Below, piece by piece: positions 1 through 13,099 of a stretch of DNA of 64,000 nt; position 1 is the first letter of the stretch; each line of letters begins with the position of its first letter. Below the pieces are notes generated by a model. That model saw nothing but the letters and a program-made list of their open reading frames with translations, made no database searches and had not been told where the DNA came from. The DNA is from Sporopachydermia quercuum (Eukaryota). The stretch lies in assembly GCA_001599295.1 (NCBI GenBank), contig BCGN01000012.1, positions 186,001 through 250,000 of the forward strand, written 5' to 3'. The position numbers and the translations under genes were made by a program.

Positions 1-316
1 CGGATATTGAGGAATCATAGAAACTGAGAGTAGAAGTGGAGAAATAGTTACTCACATTCTAGTGATTCTTGTTGAGCTGCTCATTATTAATAGAGTGAAT
101 TCGAACCATCCTTTGAATTAGTGCTGGTTTGGAAGGGAATAGCGAGAGTGGGTGACTATAACGGAGCAAGTTGCACAGTTGTTTAGCGAAGTTACTTTAA
201 GATTGTGGGTGTTTCAACCAACAGCGGTCATCAAAGAGTTATAACTTTCCAATATCCTTCCATTGAACACTTTACAGTATCAGTCCTTTAATCCTACTAT
301 TCGAATAGTTTCAAAG

Positions 317-1639
317 ATGCCTACTGAGTCCGAAATAGATGAGTGGAAGCGAACGAAAATCATAGGCATCATAGGCTTAGGTGATATGGGTCTATTGTAC
401 GCCAAAAGGTTTAGTGAAGCAGGTTGGAAAGTAGTGGGATGCGATAGAGAAGATCTAATTGAGACTACAAAAAGAAGATGCAGCGGAATTGATATTGAAA
501 TACTGAAAAATGGTCATTTTGTTTCCCGATGTTCAGATTATATTATATACAGTGTTGAAGCAGAGAATATTAAGAAGATCGTTAGTTTATATGGACCATC
601 TACAAAGATGGGATCAATTGTGGGGGGTCAAACTTCATGCAAGGCTCCAGAGATTGAAGCGTTTGACGACTATTTGCCTCAAGATGTAGAAATTATTTCC
701 TGCCACTCAATGCATGGACCTCATGTGAACCCAAGGGGTCAACCACTTATTCTCATCAACCATCGGGCATCAGCTTCTAGTTTTGAATTTATCAAATCTC
801 TATTTTCCTGCTTAGAATCAAAAGTCGAATATTTAACAGCCCAAGAGCATGATAGAATTACAGCAGATACACAGGCTGTTACTCATGCAGCTTTCCTGAG
901 CATGGGTGTAGCTTGGAGAGCGAATAATCAATATCCGTGGAAAGTGGCTAGATGGACAGGTGGCTTGGAGAATGCTAAAATTAACATCTCGCTAAGAATT
1001 TTCTCTAATAAATGGCACGTTTATGCTGGTCTGGCCATCACTAATCCATCTGCTCATGAACAAGTGCTCCAGTATGCTGCTTCAGTCACTGGTCTATTCA
1101 AGTTAATGATCGAAGGGAAAAAGGAAGAGCTAAGAACTAGGCTACACAATGCAAAGAAGTTTGTTTTTGAAAACGAAGAACTCAATAAGAATCACAACTT
1201 GTTGTTATCTGATGATCTACTTGCTCAATATTCTTTGGGTAGTGTTCCTCCAGATAGGAGAACACCTAATTCACATTTGAGTCTGCTTGGTATTGTCGAT
1301 AGTTGGTATCAGCTGGAAATTGTTCCTTATGATCACATGATTTGTTCCACACCTTTGTTTAGAATTCTTCTTGGTGTAGTAGAGTACTTATTCTGTACAC
1401 CTGGTTTATTAGATGAATGTATTGAGTATTCTTTATCTGATCAAGTATTCAGGGCTGACGATTTGGAGTTTACTATTGCAGCAAGGCAATGGAGTAAGAT
1501 AATAGCAAATGGTGATTTCAAACATTATAGGGAACTATTTGAAGAGACACAACGGTATTTTGATCATATGTTCCCTGAAGCTACTAGAATCGGTAATGAG
1601 ATGATAGGGAATATTTTGTCTAACACCCATAATTCATAG
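317..1639 (+). CDS. TYR1: Prephenate dehydrogenase (NADP+)
   Basis: Rossmann motif IGIIGLGDMG, plus GGQTSCK, HSMHGP and HDRITADTQAVTHAAFLSMG. First ATG is at 317; the ORF track start at 263 is a TTG. Confidence 0.95.
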   Translation: MPTESEIDEWKRTKIIGIIGLGDMGLLYAKRFSEAGWKVVGCDREDLIETTKRRCSGIDIEILKNGHFVSRCSDYIIYSVEAENIKKIVSLYGPSTKMGSIVGGQTSCKAPEIEAFDDYLPQDVEIISCHSMHGPHVNPRGQPLILINHRASASSFEFIKSLFSCLESKVEYLTAQEHDRITADTQAVTHAAFLSMGVAWRANNQYPWKVARWTGGLENAKINISLRIFSNKWHVYAGLAITNPSAHEQVLQYAASVTGLFKLMIEGKKEELRTRLHNAKKFVFENEELNKNHNLLLSDDLLAQYSLGSVPPDRRTPNSHLSLLGIVDSWYQLEIVPYDHMICSTPLFRILLGVVEYLFCTPGLLDECIEYSLSDQVFRADDLEFTIAARQWSKIIANGDFKHYRELFEETQRYFDHMFPEATRIGNEMIGNILSNTHNS

Positions 1640-2516
1640 AATCAAACTCTCAAAGTCAAGCTTTTATTAAAAATTTTGCAAAATAAATTTGGCTTCCTGT
1701 ATATAATAACATATACTTCATGTCTGCTAGCTTTCTTCATTTCTATACTAGAGAGTGAGAAACCGGCTAGAAAGCTATTAATAAAACAAAATGGATACAT
1801 TTGACATCGTTACAATCCAAACCCACTAAGCAGTTTGAAAATTACTTGAAGATGATATTTTCTTGACGTTGAAGATATCTAGCATTCACTTGTTCTATTC
1901 TTTTACCCTTTCTTCTCTCTTGTCTTTTTCTCCTCTCAGATACCTCCATCACGTGGCTATCATTTTATGCCATGGTCCTATAATTTAATGATTACGTAAG
2001 CATAAAATTATTTTTACCTACACATCTCTTTTCAGAAGCACGGTTTACAGTGAGATACGATGTTCAAAAAGTTTTGGTTACACAGTTGTTCCTACCCACT
2101 ATTTGTGGTCACCAGCAGAAAAAGAAAAACTGTAGATCTGTAAGATACTGAAATGTAAGAAATAATCACTTGATGAACATTGAACTACTGTTTATACCTC
2201 TAGATAGAACCAGTACTTTTTGTAATTTGTAATTTGTAATATATTTCTGAAAGAAAAAATTAGCAGCTGTTGCTTATTTTAATTGAATGATTGTTGAGTT
2301 TGCTTGATTCAATTCAACTAACGTCTAGAACCAACAAACAAACTTGCATTGAAATCACACAGCCGTCAAATCATTTTTTATCAAGCAGCATATACCTAAT
2401 CAACATATACAGGAAACATCAATAAAATAATCAAAAGACCCGGCTCGAAGTAAAATATCTACAAACAAAATTGCATTTATCAAATCTTATATTTCCAAAT
2501 AGAATTGATATTCATC

Positions 2517-3388
<872 letters not shown>

Positions 3389-4019
3389 TTTTGTCTTATT
3401 ATATTCAAATTCTTAATTTTGTATCATTTTTGTTTTGTCATTTTTCTACATCTATAGGCTTTATTTCTTTCATCATAACCGTTGTTGACTGTTTCTCTTC
3501 CCTTAATTCTTACCGTTGTTTAATCGCATTGTTATGCCAAAAGACAGATCGTCCCATAAGAGGGTTACGTAGCTGTTTTCAAGTTACGATACCTTACATC
3601 ATTTTAGATGATGTCATCAGGCATTCCAGGTGTAGTTTTCTCCCTGTCATGTCAGTAAGCAATGTGTTCACTATTCTATAGTGAATTATTAATTATTGGC
3701 TACTGATGGCGGTCGACAAAATAGATAAGTAGTTATTTGACGCTAAATGGACTTGACATTATAGGTTTTGGATAGAATTTGTTTCTTCTGAGGACATTTT
3801 GGCCGTTTAGATTGATGTAGCGGGAAGACCCTTGAATCTAATGGTAGAAGTATCACCATACATATTGATACTCAATTGATAGTACTTAAAAGTAGTACAT
3901 GCCATTCGTAGTATCGACAGATATAAGAAGCATCAAATCTTCGATCCGCTTCAAACAAAAAGTATTAGCAGTGTAAGGAGGCTCATTGCTATATCTTGCT
4001 TTCATATCTGTTATGAAAT

Positions 4020-6302
4020 ATGATTCGTTCTGTACTATCAAGACTGTACATTTTACCGTGTCAGACTATCAACCTAAGTCTCAGAAGGCCGATCAATCAA
4101 TGTATAAAAAAACAGAACAGGTTCTATGGTATAAATGAATTTCCACTGCTGAACTCAGACGCCAATGTGTGGAGAAGTAACCTTATTTTCATGAGAAAAT
4201 ATTCACAGAGCTACCAATCCCATAGAGCTCATCGAAAGACATATTATTCCAGGATATCATCCATCATAATAGTGTCATCACTAACATTATATCTCACACA
4301 TTCGACTATCAATAATGACGATCAACCTCCAAATCTCACATTTGAGAAGCAACTATGGCTGCAATCAAGAAAGGACAAAGTAGAGAAAGAATTAGCAAAA
4401 GAATCAGACTATGGAACTATACGTTACTTTTATCATGAAATTATAATCAAGTATATCATTGATCCAGTCAAGACAATAGCAAGATTCCTGGAGCTTACTG
4501 CAATTTTTGTTCCTGTTATTCTATTATTCCCAATATCGTTATTTGGATTTTACGATAAGAAATATGAAGAAAGATCTGGTGCTCTTCTGTGGTACAGACT
4601 AATAAGACGAGCAATGGAACTGGGCTCAGCAAGTTTTATCAAACTTGGACAATGGGCTGGTTCACGTACAGACATCTTCCCTAGAGCCTTATGTGATGAG
4701 TTATCCGAATTGCATTCCAATGCCAAAATGCATAGTATGCGTGATACTAAGCATATTATCAGTGAAGCATTTAATATGGACTTTGATGAAATATTCGATG
4801 AGTTTATCGAAAAGCCAATGGGAGTTGGTGCAATTGCTCAAGTCTACGTAGCTAAACTAAGTGATAAGATTATGACTAATGTTAGAGAAGAAAGAGCGAA
4901 TAGTACTGGAGGCTCCAGCAATAATGAACTCTCGAAGGGTAATCTTGAGAAAGACAAGCTATCTGCTTTATCAATATTTGATTCTCGCAGAGGGAATAGT
5001 AATGAAATTCCAGACTCTTGGGTAGCAGTTAAAGTTTTACATCCGAACGTCGAGAAGATTATTGATAGAGATTTAAAGATCATGATGTTTTTTGCCAGAA
5101 CTATTGATTGGATCCCCAGTATGGAATGGCTGTCATTACCTGATGAAGTTGAACAGTTTGGATATATGATGAAATCTCAGCTTGATTTACGTATCGAAGG
5201 CCAAAATCTACAAAGATTCAGAGAGAATTTCAAAGATAGAGTTGATGTCAAATTTCCTTATCCTTATTTGGATTATACATCTAGAAAAGTATTAGTGGAA
5301 GAGTATATATCAGGTATACCTATTAGTAGGCTGTTAGATATGTGCCACGATACTAATAGCCGTACTAAAGGAAATCCTGCTCAAACTGAGCCTCATAGGA
5401 TGGCGGTAGAGGTTGCTGATAAAGGGTTGAATGTTTTCTTGCAAATGCTTATTTTGGATAATTTCATCCATGGTGATCTACACCCGGGAAACATTCTTGT
5501 TAGGTTTTATAAAAACGAGCAGGATGCTTTGCTAAACAAATTGAACTCGCCAACTCTTCCAATGCTAAAATCTGAAAAAGACTCTGCCGCAGCTATTGAT
5601 AGTGTCCGGGCTGCAAGCACCAAAGATGAAATTGGTAATACTGACTCAGACTCATATAAAGTGTTAGCTGAATTGCAAAACTTAGGAAATGATTACGAAG
5701 CATGGAATGACAAGTTAGATTATTTATATCAAAACGGATATCATGCACAGTTATGTTTCCTTGATGTTGGGCTAGTCACTGAGCTAAATGACAAGGATCG
5801 AGTGAACTTTATAGATTTGTTCCGATCGTTGGCTATGTTTGATGGATATAAAGCTGGTGAACTGATGATTGAAAGATCCAGGACGCCAGAAACAGCAATA
5901 AACAAGGAGATATTTGCACTGAAAGTTGAGAGACTGGTTAAAGATTTGAGAAATGATACATTTGCATTAGGTAATGTAAGCATTGGACATTTACTAGATC
6001 AAATGCTTAGTATGGTAAGGAAACATCATGTTAGAATGGAAGGAGATTTTGTTACAGTAGTGGTAGCAATTTTACTACTTGAAGGAATTGGAAGAAGATT
6101 AGATCCTCAGTTAGACTTATTTGCCAGTGCACTACCTATTCTCAGACAATTAGGATTACAGGATGGCAAATACATACTGAACAATGATAATCTGTCCTTA
6201 TTGAAGGTTTGGGTTGCATTGGAAGTCAGAAGATTTATTCATGCTTCAGTACAAGACATTCATAATCTGGTTAAATATGATAAATTAAGTCCTAATTATT
6301 AG
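4020..6302 (+). CDS. CQD1: Mitochondrial UbiB/ABC1-family atypical kinase (YPL109C/Cqd1-like)
   Basis: Motifs FIKLGQW, GAIAQVY, VAVKVLHP, NFIHGDLHPGN and DVGL. Basic N-terminal presequence. Adjacent to GDE1, as YPL109C is in S. cerevisiae. Confidence 0.85.
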   Translation: MIRSVLSRLYILPCQTINLSLRRPINQCIKKQNRFYGINEFPLLNSDANVWRSNLIFMRKYSQSYQSHRAHRKTYYSRISSIIIVSSLTLYLTHSTINNDDQPPNLTFEKQLWLQSRKDKVEKELAKESDYGTIRYFYHEIIIKYIIDPVKTIARFLELTAIFVPVILLFPISLFGFYDKKYEERSGALLWYRLIRRAMELGSASFIKLGQWAGSRTDIFPRALCDELSELHSNAKMHSMRDTKHIISEAFNMDFDEIFDEFIEKPMGVGAIAQVYVAKLSDKIMTNVREERANSTGGSSNNELSKGNLEKDKLSALSIFDSRRGNSNEIPDSWVAVKVLHPNVEKIIDRDLKIMMFFARTIDWIPSMEWLSLPDEVEQFGYMMKSQLDLRIEGQNLQRFRENFKDRVDVKFPYPYLDYTSRKVLVEEYISGIPISRLLDMCHDTNSRTKGNPAQTEPHRMAVEVADKGLNVFLQMLILDNFIHGDLHPGNILVRFYKNEQDALLNKLNSPTLPMLKSEKDSAAAIDSVRAASTKDEIGNTDSDSYKVLAELQNLGNDYEAWNDKLDYLYQNGYHAQLCFLDVGLVTELNDKDRVNFIDLFRSLAMFDGYKAGELMIERSRTPETAINKEIFALKVERLVKDLRNDTFALGNVSIGHLLDQMLSMVRKHHVRMEGDFVTVVVAILLLEGIGRRLDPQLDLFASALPILRQLGLQDGKYILNNDNLSLLKVWVALEVRRFIHASVQDIHNLVKYDKLSPNY

Positions 6303-7709
6303 ATGGTTAAATACTACTTGAATGTGAATATGAATTAAATGATTTTGACTGGGCATGAGAGATCATCTCTTCGTGGATCCGAGTAAGAGTGTGCTACCGA
6401 TGTTTAAAGGCAATTCAGGTGAGAAATGAATATTCCTTTATCGTGTAGAATGAGCGTGATTAATTGATTATGATTAAATAGACTTAAGACATGGTTTTTC
6501 AATTCTGTAGATAAGAATCTATTCAATCCTGGTGAGGGATTCAGGCACAGGGAGAAAATAGCGGTAAGATTACGTGAACATTTATGTGTTGGTTATACGT
6601 GGGTCTTTCTTTCAACGAATGAACCCTCTGATAATGTCAACTGTCTATTGCTGTTTCTTCTTTCATTTCAGCTATATTTTGCTAATATTTCTTAGATTTG
6701 GTAAGTAAACGCTGAAAATTCCGCTCTACGTTCAATCATTCGTACTGTCTGTTCAATAAGGAGCGTGGTCTTGATCAAAGTCATCTTTTGGTTGGTATTT
6801 GTCTTTCGGTTGATTTTATTGGGCATTGGTAAGAATTCAAGACCCACTATAATTCCGATTAAAATCCATTAATGTTATATTTATTTGTTCGTAGAACTAT
6901 TAACATATTCATCTTGTCAATTGTTCAGGTAAACTTGTTAGGTGATACAGAAATAACTTACTTGAAAGAGAAACTCAACGGTTTCCTTATTAGGTATTTT
7001 TTCCTTATCGTATGCTGTGAGATTTTTCAGACGAAAGGGCAGAAATATTGATCGAAGTTACTGCAAGATTCGAATAAAGATTCAGAACAGTCCATTTAGT
7101 AGAGCAATGGTTTGTAAAATCTGAGCAAGAGGTTTGTTTATATCGTAATCGATATAATAATTAAGCAGGGTATAAACCATTTATGCAACCGATGTTTTCA
7201 TTCTTATGAGCAGTGGGAGAAACTGTATTTATTAGTAATGAGGTGATACTTTTGCTCGAGAAGTTACCCTTTTTGCCAGAGAACCATTAAAAGATTCCCA
7301 ATAATTTAGCTAAAATGCCTCGTTCTATTTATTTATTGGCAGGAATTCAATTCCGGTAATTGATAGTTCTCAACTTGAATTAAACAGCGCTACATTCAGC
7401 CTTCTCATGCGTTGTAATGTGCATGTATGCGTAATAAGCAGAACACGTAAACATCCTTTTTCTGTCATATATCACCTAACCTAAACAGCCTGTGGAAATC
7501 GGCCTTCTCCGACTACATTTAGTCAATCTTTCATTTCGTAAATCACAGTAAGATTTACCCCTCATTTCACTTCAAAAATTCCTTTTGCCATCACTATTAA
7601 GCACTTTATTCATCGTCTTCTATTCGCCTTCGGCGTTTGGGTCACATGATACATAAATCTAAGACTTCCCAATGAAGTAATCTCTCCTCCTTATCATGCA
7701 CATGTTTCC

Positions 7710-7715
7710 CACGTG
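7710..7715. promoter_or_regulatory. CACGTG E-box (Pho4/Cbf1-type) upstream of GDE1
   Basis: CCCACGTGAT about 660 bp upstream of the GDE1 ATG. GDE1 is a PHO-regulon gene in S. cerevisiae. Confidence 0.45.
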
Positions 7716-8371
7716 ATTGTTATAGTGTCAGAGAAACTCATACAAATCCATCTTTCTTGATAACAATCGAGGAACAATCAATGACATATCAACACATAAT
7801 TCATAGGCTTAACCATCAAGATCCAGGAGGTTGTCGCCACTAGTATTGTATTAAGTTATTCCAGAATTGATTTGAGTATGGCCGTATTTCTATAAGCTTG
7901 TGCTAGCACTAGGACGATTGCCTGAAGTGAAAAGCAACCACCAGAACAGTTTCCTATTATACCTGCGAACTAGGAAAAAGGCTTTAATAAATAGTATTAG
8001 AGTCAGCCAAAGAAAAACGGGGGGAATTAATAGTACAAATATCTGTTTTGAACTTTCTTGAAGGAGAACTCAACATATTGCTGATTGAAAGAAGCGCGAT
8101 ATTTGCATTCTGTTCAATTGAGGCTTTAATTGGTAATCAATCTACTGACTGCCTTCCTAACCCAATTGCGCATTTGTCTCTTGAATACGAAGAATTTGCA
8201 GCAGACTCAACTGAATATCTTGTGATGCAAGATTTGAATCAGTTTGCAAGCTCCATTTACTTAAGACGAATTGTTTATCTGTCTTTGATCATATGAATAA
8301 CCTATTCAAACGCATTGATTCTCATTGAGCCTTACTCTCTTCGTACTAATTACTAAAATATTGACTGCAGT

Positions 8372-11300
8372 ATGAAGTTTGGTAAAGCATTATTAGCTCA
8401 TCAAATTCCGGAATGGAGCCATTCGTATATCAATTATAAAGATCTCAAACGCAAGATCAAGATAATTGCTAGACTACGTAACTCATATCAACTAAATGAT
8501 CAGACAGGAAGAGATTCGTTTTCTACCGACAAAACTTCTGGCAGTCAGTTGGATCTGACTACTAATGGTAACAATGGAAATGTGCCTGAAACACTAGAAA
8601 CGTCTTTATCAAGCTTTTTCTTTGCTTTAGAAAGAAACCTCGAGAAAGTTAACGAGTTCTACAATCTAAAACATGCTGAATATAGTAGAAGACTTCGGCA
8701 TCTTTCTTCAATTTTACACACTTCTTCAAAATCCGATCTTGACGCTGAAGAGCTTGACGAAATCATAGGTGTTTTGCTTGAACTGAGATCAAATTATCGC
8801 AATTTGAAATGGTTTGCAGAACTAAACAAACGCGGATTTGTTAAGATTCTAAAAAAGTGTGACAAGAAAACTGGAAGTAACATTCAAGGTCGCTATTTGG
8901 AATCACGGGTATTCACACTCCCATTTGCTTTTGGCTCAACATTAGAATCAGATTTAAATCAAATTAACAGTCTGCTAACTGAATTCACGCCGATGGATCC
9001 TGCTGATCCTCTGAGTGTTGATCAACCTAATGATAATGATAGGTCCTTCTATACTTCCGGCTCTGAACGAAACACCAGTGTTAGTTCTTTCGGTGGAACT
9101 TCCAGAGGTAGATTGTCATCAGTGTCAAGTGTTTCCAGAATGGACGAACTACGAGAATATGTCGCTGAAGATGATATTATGTCTTTAATGTCTGTTGTTA
9201 CTGCTGAAGGTGACTCAATAACTGCCAAAAGTTTACTATCATTGTTTGTCAAAGCTGCACTCAACAAATCTTACCAATGCATAGACTATTTATTGCCAAA
9301 ACTTGATTCTTTATTAGATCCCAATGAGATCAATTCGAGGAATTTCTTCCATCATTTTGTTATTGCTTTGGGAAAACAGCAGTCAAAGAATAGTAAAACT
9401 AATTCTGACGGTGTTACTGAGAATGGTTCTGTCAATGCTTCAATCAACTCATCATTTACTACCAATGGTAATACGAGTGAAACCCTATTGAATGGAGACA
9501 GAAAGACATATATTCAACCATCGGAGGCGCCAACTGTAATTAGACGATTGTATCGCCATTTTGGTAGTGATGGGATCAACTCGAATGATGAAATTGATGC
9601 TCTGAAACATATCCTGGAGGTATTACCACCTAAGTTGAGACCTTTCCTTATTACTGCTGATGAGTATAAAAGAACACCACTTCATTATTCTTCGCAATAT
9701 GGACTAAAAGCTGTAACTGAAGTTATACTCAAATTTATGAATGAATGGGATCTATACGATAGAACTGTCCCATTAGATGGTGTTACTTGGCATGACAGAG
9801 AGCATTTGACACCAATTCATTTGGCTGTTGTAGGAAAACATCCCAAGACTCTTGAAGTGTTAATGAAGTCAATGGGACCAATCTTTTCTTTAACTTGCAA
9901 TGAGCTTCTACTTCTAGCTGCTAGAATGAATTGTGAACCAATACTTGCTGTTCTACTGAAATATGGATTGAAAGTGAATTATCAGGACTCAGATACGGGC
10001 GAAACTGCTGTATATATTGCTGCTAAATACAATCTTGTTCCTATAGTGAAATACTTGATAACAGAAGCCAATGCTGATACTGAAATTGGTGAATTCACCT
10101 TTGGCTGGACTCCAATCTTCGTTGCTGCTGCTGAAGGGTATACCAAACTAGTAGTACTTCTTAAAGCTTTTGGTGTTGATTATAAGAAGTTTGATGATTC
10201 TGGGTGGACGCCGATGGAACATGCTGCTCTTAGAGGTCATATTGAAGAATCTGAGCTTCTAGCGTTTGATGTTATATCTTTGTTAGATGAAAAAGCTACT
10301 GTCAATGGAACCCTTGCTAGTAGTATAAGCTCTATCAATATAGACAGAATCAACTCATCAACAGACAATCTGCATTCTGATTTTGGAGATGTGAACTATA
10401 CTTTAATTAGGAAAAAGGTATCTCCTACTCCAAATAATACTGAATCAAGCTCAGAGTTAAGGTCAAATTCACCATCCCCACCGCCTTCTACATCATCAGC
10501 ATCACTGAGCCCTGAAACTGAACCTGAAGTACCTGGAATCAAGACGTTTGGTCATAGATATCTCAAAGACGAATCAATGATTTACATAATGCTTGGTTCT
10601 AATGACATGAGAATTAAAGCTCCACCTGTTGAATTAGAGAAAATTCCCTATACTAAAGCTCCTACTACTGACTTAGATACCGCCTTGTCATTAGTGGTGT
10701 CAGCTATTAATGGTAATGGCGAATCTATAATAATTGATCTACCAATTCATGATAATCGGTCTGTTGATCCCATAATGTTCAATTCGAAGAATCCTGATGA
10801 TGTGATTATCAAATTTGACATTGTGCCTACTTATGCTAGTAACCAGAAATCAGTCGGAAGGGCAGTTGCTATATTGAAAGATCTAAAAGTAAAAATGAGT
10901 AGCAGTCTGTCAATGTTGAAGCAAATGATTACAGTACCTATATTGAAAGCTGAGACTTTAGAAGTTATGGGGAAAATATCATTTGAATATCAAATTATAA
11001 CACCTTTTTACCATCCCAATATGGGCATTGAGAAGTCAACTACTTATTGGAAGTCACTCATATCTACAAGAGTTATTGGTCATAGAGGGTTAGGTAAAAA
11101 TAGTGTATCTAAGAAAAGTTTGCAACTAGGTGAAAACACCGTTGAGTCATTTATTGCTGCAGCAAGTTTAGGTGCTTCCTATGTCGAATTTGACGTTCAG
11201 CTAACTAAAGATATGGTACCAGTAATTTATCATGATTTCCTTGTTGCTGAAACTGGATTAGATGTTCCTATGCATAATTTGACAAGCGAACAGTTCTTAG

Positions 11301-12175
11301 CGTTATTCAAAGGCAAGAATAAAGAAAGAGATTCAGATAATAGGACTACGAATACTATTAAGGATAATGATATTAATAGCGAAGAAGACAACTTGATATT
11401 CAATCAAACAAATGAAGAAGTAGACCGTTTTGCAAAAAGAGGAAAGAAACTTGAAAGATCATCTAGTGATGTTGGTCGTAGCAGGCCTAGGTCACTCTCT
11501 CTCTCAAAAGCATACTTAGATAATCATCCTGTGGAAACTCAGTTTAATGATAGACTTAAGCATACTAGAGATTATAAAACTAAAGGTTTTAAAGGAAATT
11601 CACCTGGAATTAGTATATATTCACCATTTGCTACTCTAGAGCAATTGTTCAAGACTTTGCCGAAAGGCGTTGGATTCAATATCGAGTGCAAATATCCTAT
11701 GCTTGATGAAGCAGAGACAGAAGATATGGAATGTATTGCTATTGATTTGAATAAATGGGTAGATACAGTACTTCAATGTGTTTATGACCATGGTGAAGGA
11801 AGAGATATTATATTCTCATCTTTCCATCCTGATATTTGCATGATGTTATCTATGAAGCAGCCATCGATACCCATATTATTCCTTACAGAATCAGGAACTG
11901 CTCCTATGTATGATATGCGAGCTAGCTCATTACAAGAAGCAATTAGACATGCAAGGCAGTGGAATTTACTAGGGATTGTATCAGAATCAACTCCGTTGAT
12001 TGAGTTCCCTAGACTGATATCTGTTGTTAAGGAGAACGGACTTGTGTGTGTTACGTATGGAGTTAAGAATAATGATCCTCAGAATTCAAGACTACAGATG
12101 AAGTATGGAGTTGATGCTGTAATTGTTGATAGTGTACTAGCAGTTAGGAAAGGGCTGACGGAAACAGGAAGTTAA
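8372..12175 (+). CDS. GDE1: Glycerophosphocholine phosphodiesterase (SPX - ankyrin - GDPD)
   Basis: SPX start MKFGK...YINYKDLK, ankyrin repeats (TPLHY, TPIHLA, GWTP), and GDPD motifs VIGHRGLG, LGENT, VEFDVQLTKD and NIECKYP. Confidence 0.95.
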   Translation: MKFGKALLAHQIPEWSHSYINYKDLKRKIKIIARLRNSYQLNDQTGRDSFSTDKTSGSQLDLTTNGNNGNVPETLETSLSSFFFALERNLEKVNEFYNLKHAEYSRRLRHLSSILHTSSKSDLDAEELDEIIGVLLELRSNYRNLKWFAELNKRGFVKILKKCDKKTGSNIQGRYLESRVFTLPFAFGSTLESDLNQINSLLTEFTPMDPADPLSVDQPNDNDRSFYTSGSERNTSVSSFGGTSRGRLSSVSSVSRMDELREYVAEDDIMSLMSVVTAEGDSITAKSLLSLFVKAALNKSYQCIDYLLPKLDSLLDPNEINSRNFFHHFVIALGKQQSKNSKTNSDGVTENGSVNASINSSFTTNGNTSETLLNGDRKTYIQPSEAPTVIRRLYRHFGSDGINSNDEIDALKHILEVLPPKLRPFLITADEYKRTPLHYSSQYGLKAVTEVILKFMNEWDLYDRTVPLDGVTWHDREHLTPIHLAVVGKHPKTLEVLMKSMGPIFSLTCNELLLLAARMNCEPILAVLLKYGLKVNYQDSDTGETAVYIAAKYNLVPIVKYLITEANADTEIGEFTFGWTPIFVAAAEGYTKLVVLLKAFGVDYKKFDDSGWTPMEHAALRGHIEESELLAFDVISLLDEKATVNGTLASSISSINIDRINSSTDNLHSDFGDVNYTLIRKKVSPTPNNTESSSELRSNSPSPPPSTSSASLSPETEPEVPGIKTFGHRYLKDESMIYIMLGSNDMRIKAPPVELEKIPYTKAPTTDLDTALSLVVSAINGNGESIIIDLPIHDNRSVDPIMFNSKNPDDVIIKFDIVPTYASNQKSVGRAVAILKDLKVKMSSSLSMLKQMITVPILKAETLEVMGKISFEYQIITPFYHPNMGIEKSTTYWKSLISTRVIGHRGLGKNSVSKKSLQLGENTVESFIAAASLGASYVEFDVQLTKDMVPVIYHDFLVAETGLDVPMHNLTSEQFLALFKGKNKERDSDNRTTNTIKDNDINSEEDNLIFNQTNEEVDRFAKRGKKLERSSSDVGRSRPRSLSLSKAYLDNHPVETQFNDRLKHTRDYKTKGFKGNSPGISIYSPFATLEQLFKTLPKGVGFNIECKYPMLDEAETEDMECIAIDLNKWVDTVLQCVYDHGEGRDIIFSSFHPDICMMLSMKQPSIPILFLTESGTAPMYDMRASSLQEAIRHARQWNLLGIVSESTPLIEFPRLISVVKENGLVCVTYGVKNNDPQNSRLQMKYGVDAVIVDSVLAVRKGLTETGS

Positions 12176-12388
12176 TACTTATGTAAAGAAGGTATATACA
12201 TGTATATGAAATAGAAGTGTGATTAAAAGCTCAAGACTATTTGGAGATAAAATTACTACAATAAGTACACGGAAACAACTCAAGCTGTATAAGTTGTATG
12301 GCTTATGTAAAACAAACAAAACCATGCTTTACTATCTTCATGTTTAACGAAGATAAATCAATGATGTAATATCAATATGATTTGATAT

Positions 12389-13099
12389 TTATAAAGCATC
12401 TGATGGAACACCGCCAAAGCTTGCAGTGGTCTTTTCAGTAGTAGTGTCAGAGTCGCCTGATGCCTTTCTTGCTTCAGCAATCTTCTTCGCTTCTTCATGA
12501 ACCTCAGTTGCATTGTCAACTAAGCCTTTATAAAAATTCTTCACTTTAACACCTCTTGGATTATCCAAGGCTTTTTCCACATATTGAATGAACGATTGAC
12601 CAGTACTTGTGAGGTTGTCAGAGATACCTAATCTCTTATCGATTTCTTCTGACTTTTCATTCATATGATACTTAGCATCTAAATCCGAAATGAATGCTTT
12701 AAATTTTTCGGACCATCCATGCTTTCTGTCAAATTCAATACCTTGTTGAATGATTTGGTCAGAGAGAATATAACCGCTGGCAAGGTACTCAGCCAAAATA
12801 GTACTCTTGGGTTTGTCCTCCTGTTTCACATCACTACCTGAATCTTGTGAAGGGCTGTCATTTTCAGGTTCAGATCTGTTAGTTTCTATATAAATAGCAG
12901 AGCCACCAAGCTGAGCACCATTTAATAGAGAAGCAGAAGATACAGCAGATTTTGAGCTAAATACCACTTTAGCTGTTTGAGTGTCTCCTTTAGAATCAGG
13001 AATTAGTTCAATTGACTGAACTTTTCCGCAAATTTGGAAGAAGTCTTCCACCGCTTTTTCGCTCACTGTTGAGGGGATATTGGAAGCAATAACAGACAT
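12389..13099 (-). CDS. RRM protein of the fungal Vip1-like family (S. pombe Vip1 type, not the S. cerevisiae IP6 kinase VIP1)
   Basis: N-terminal RRM (SNIPSTVSEKAVEDFFQICGKV...LLNGAQLGGSAI), then QEDKPKSTILAEYLASGY and VHEEAKKIA. First ATG is at 13099. Confidence 0.75.
   Translation of the reverse strand: MSVIASNIPSTVSEKAVEDFFQICGKVQSIELIPDSKGDTQTAKVVFSSKSAVSSASLLNGAQLGGSAIYIETNRSEPENDSPSQDSGSDVKQEDKPKSTILAEYLASGYILSDQIIQQGIEFDRKHGWSEKFKAFISDLDAKYHMNEKSEEIDKRLGISDNLTSTGQSFIQYVEKALDNPRGVKVKNFYKGLVDNATEVHEEAKKIAEARKASGDSDTTTEKTTASFGGVPSDAL

Noticed and set aside
263..316. N-terminal extensions in the ORF track (TYR1 263, RRM gene 13135, JID1 36525, GID4 52048, PEX3 55750)
   Set aside because: They begin at TTG or GTG, an artefact of the ORF caller. 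The first in-frame ATG is used instead.
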